Assembly (NCBI GenBank): GCA_977016875.1
Contig: CDRNST010000067.1
Coordinates: forward strand, 2,852,001-2,916,000
Length of the DNA: 64,000 nt
Source: Pavona decussata
Lineage: Eukaryota
Direction: 5' to 3'
Below the pieces are notes generated by a model. The model was not told where the DNA came from. It ran no database searches and saw only the letters and a list, made by a program, of their open reading frames with translations. The position numbers and the translations under genes are program-made. Positions 62,520 through 64,000 of this stretch are shown here, piece by piece (position 1 is the first letter of the stretch; each line of letters begins with the position of its first letter).

Positions 62520-64000
62520 GCGAAGTCAGTGGTGCAGGTAAGATGGCTGCTAGACACGTTTATCCCGCTCTGTAATGTCTTAGCCGGGAAAGCCTACATG
62601 GGTTCTTCTTACTAATCCAGAGGACCTTCGGCAGCAGTTTGAAGTTTACGAGACTTATTTATGAAAGCTTAACCGTGTGTCTGAATGTCGAAACAAGCAG
62701 AACGCTCATCAAGCTCAAGTTCGAACTCTCAACCTACACCGAAGCGAAATCGCAGTGAGATGGACAATGAAGCGATACAGATTCACCTCTGTCCTTAAAA
62801 GTCATCTTAGACAAACTTAGCGCTATAGAAAGCAGAATGGAGGATAATTTTAACAATCTGCACATTGAAGTATCAACCCTACGATGCGAACTCATGCAAG
62901 AAATGGAAGGTGTCAAATGTACAATCAAAGAGATCGAAAAATCCCTCGAGAATGCGTGGGCCACGATCGAAGATGTCCAGGAAGACTTCAAGACTCACAA
63001 AGACTCAAAAAGGGGCATCAAGAAATACTCCACCGCCAGTCACGGGAAATCAAGTTATTTAAAGAGGAGCTTGCTAAATCACAAGCTGAAACTGCGCTAC
63101 TGAAAACGTCACAACAAAGAACACAAGAAAGTCTTGTTGCCCTAGAAGACTTAAGGTTCATGAACATTCCCGAAGAGGCTGACGAAAATTGCTCTGATAT
63201 AGTCTACAATATAATCGAAAATGAGCTAAAGATAGACCCACAAGACATAAGATTTCATGCTGTGCATCGTGTCGGAAAACCACCGTCGCGAAATAGTGAT
63301 AACAGTTCGCAGCCACGCCCTCGCACCATCATTGCAAGGTTTGTCGTGAGGGAAGACAGAGACGAGGTTTTTGCCGTTAAAAACCGTCTAAAGCATTCCC
63401 GACACTACAAAGATGCTTATATTACGAAAGATTATGCAAGAGCGATCCAAGAAGAGAGAAAAACTTTGATTCAAGCCATGTATGTTGCGAAAGAACAAGG
63501 ATATGACGCTAAAGTTGTCAACCGAACACTCTACATCAACAAAGAAGCTTTCAATGTTACCAACATTCCACACGATTTTCGTCCCACTGCCCCTTAATTT
63601 CCATCAACAGAAATTTATGGTTGCTTCTGCCCAGATTTTAACCTAGAACCCGCTTTGGCTATTCCCGGACACCGATCAAGGTTTCATTGTAGTTTGATAT
63701 GTTTGTGAGGCTTGGTCTGTATATAAGTTGCTGTGTTATTTATGTTCATGTTAGTAAAAATAAGGAACAGTGTTCACTAAAAGACATAGCGTTATTTCTG
63801 TAAGTAGTGTGAACATTGTAAGCACTTTTAGTTTTAAAAGCATAATAAGTATTGTTAACAATGTAGATATAGTCATTGTGGTTAGTACTCTGTGTATTGT
63901 AAGTAATGTTAATAGTGCTCAGTTTTGTAAATCTCATGTCATGTATGCAAATAAAAATTGTTAAAAAAATAATGATGTAACTTGCACACATTCTGAAGAT
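62520..64000 (+). mobile_element. 5' end of a LINE: 5' UTR and degenerate ORF1 (62685-63597)
   Basis: Coiled coil followed by RRM-type ORF1 motifs LRFMNIPE, IRFHAVHRVGK, PRTIIARF, YITKDY; aagatggc 5' UTR motif. Confidence 0.8.

Overview
AT-rich eukaryotic DNA made almost entirely of decayed, nested transposable elements. It is most likely an anthozoan/stony-coral genome, judged only from the repeat families. I found no intact host gene, rRNA or CRISPR array. Three nests can be rebuilt from TIRs/LTRs and target-site duplications (TSDs). (1) 1-27509: a CR1/L2-type LINE with a PAT/DIRS-like tyrosine-recombinase retroelement at its left edge, interrupted by a non-autonomous hAT, a Gypsy LTR element and a 15.2-kb CACTA/EnSpm-like element. 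The latter contains a Crypton and a MULE-like element > long-TIR foldback > Harbinger MITE series. (2) 27645-41981: ISL2EU (transposase + YqaJ), two Sola3-like remnants, and a DD37E Tc1 > Kolobok-like > MITE series. (3) 44800-64000: a MULE remnant, Academ > LINE > BEL/Pao, a tRNA-like Pol III unit in a Penelope-type insertion, a spliced OTU-protease pseudogene and the 5' end of another LINE. Most notable are the CACTA cargo (a 7-exon SAM-domain gene plus a herpes-tegument-like/VTD cysteine protease absent from the ORF track), the spliced OTU gene, and the tRNA-like retroposon. All family calls are by motif recognition, not database search.
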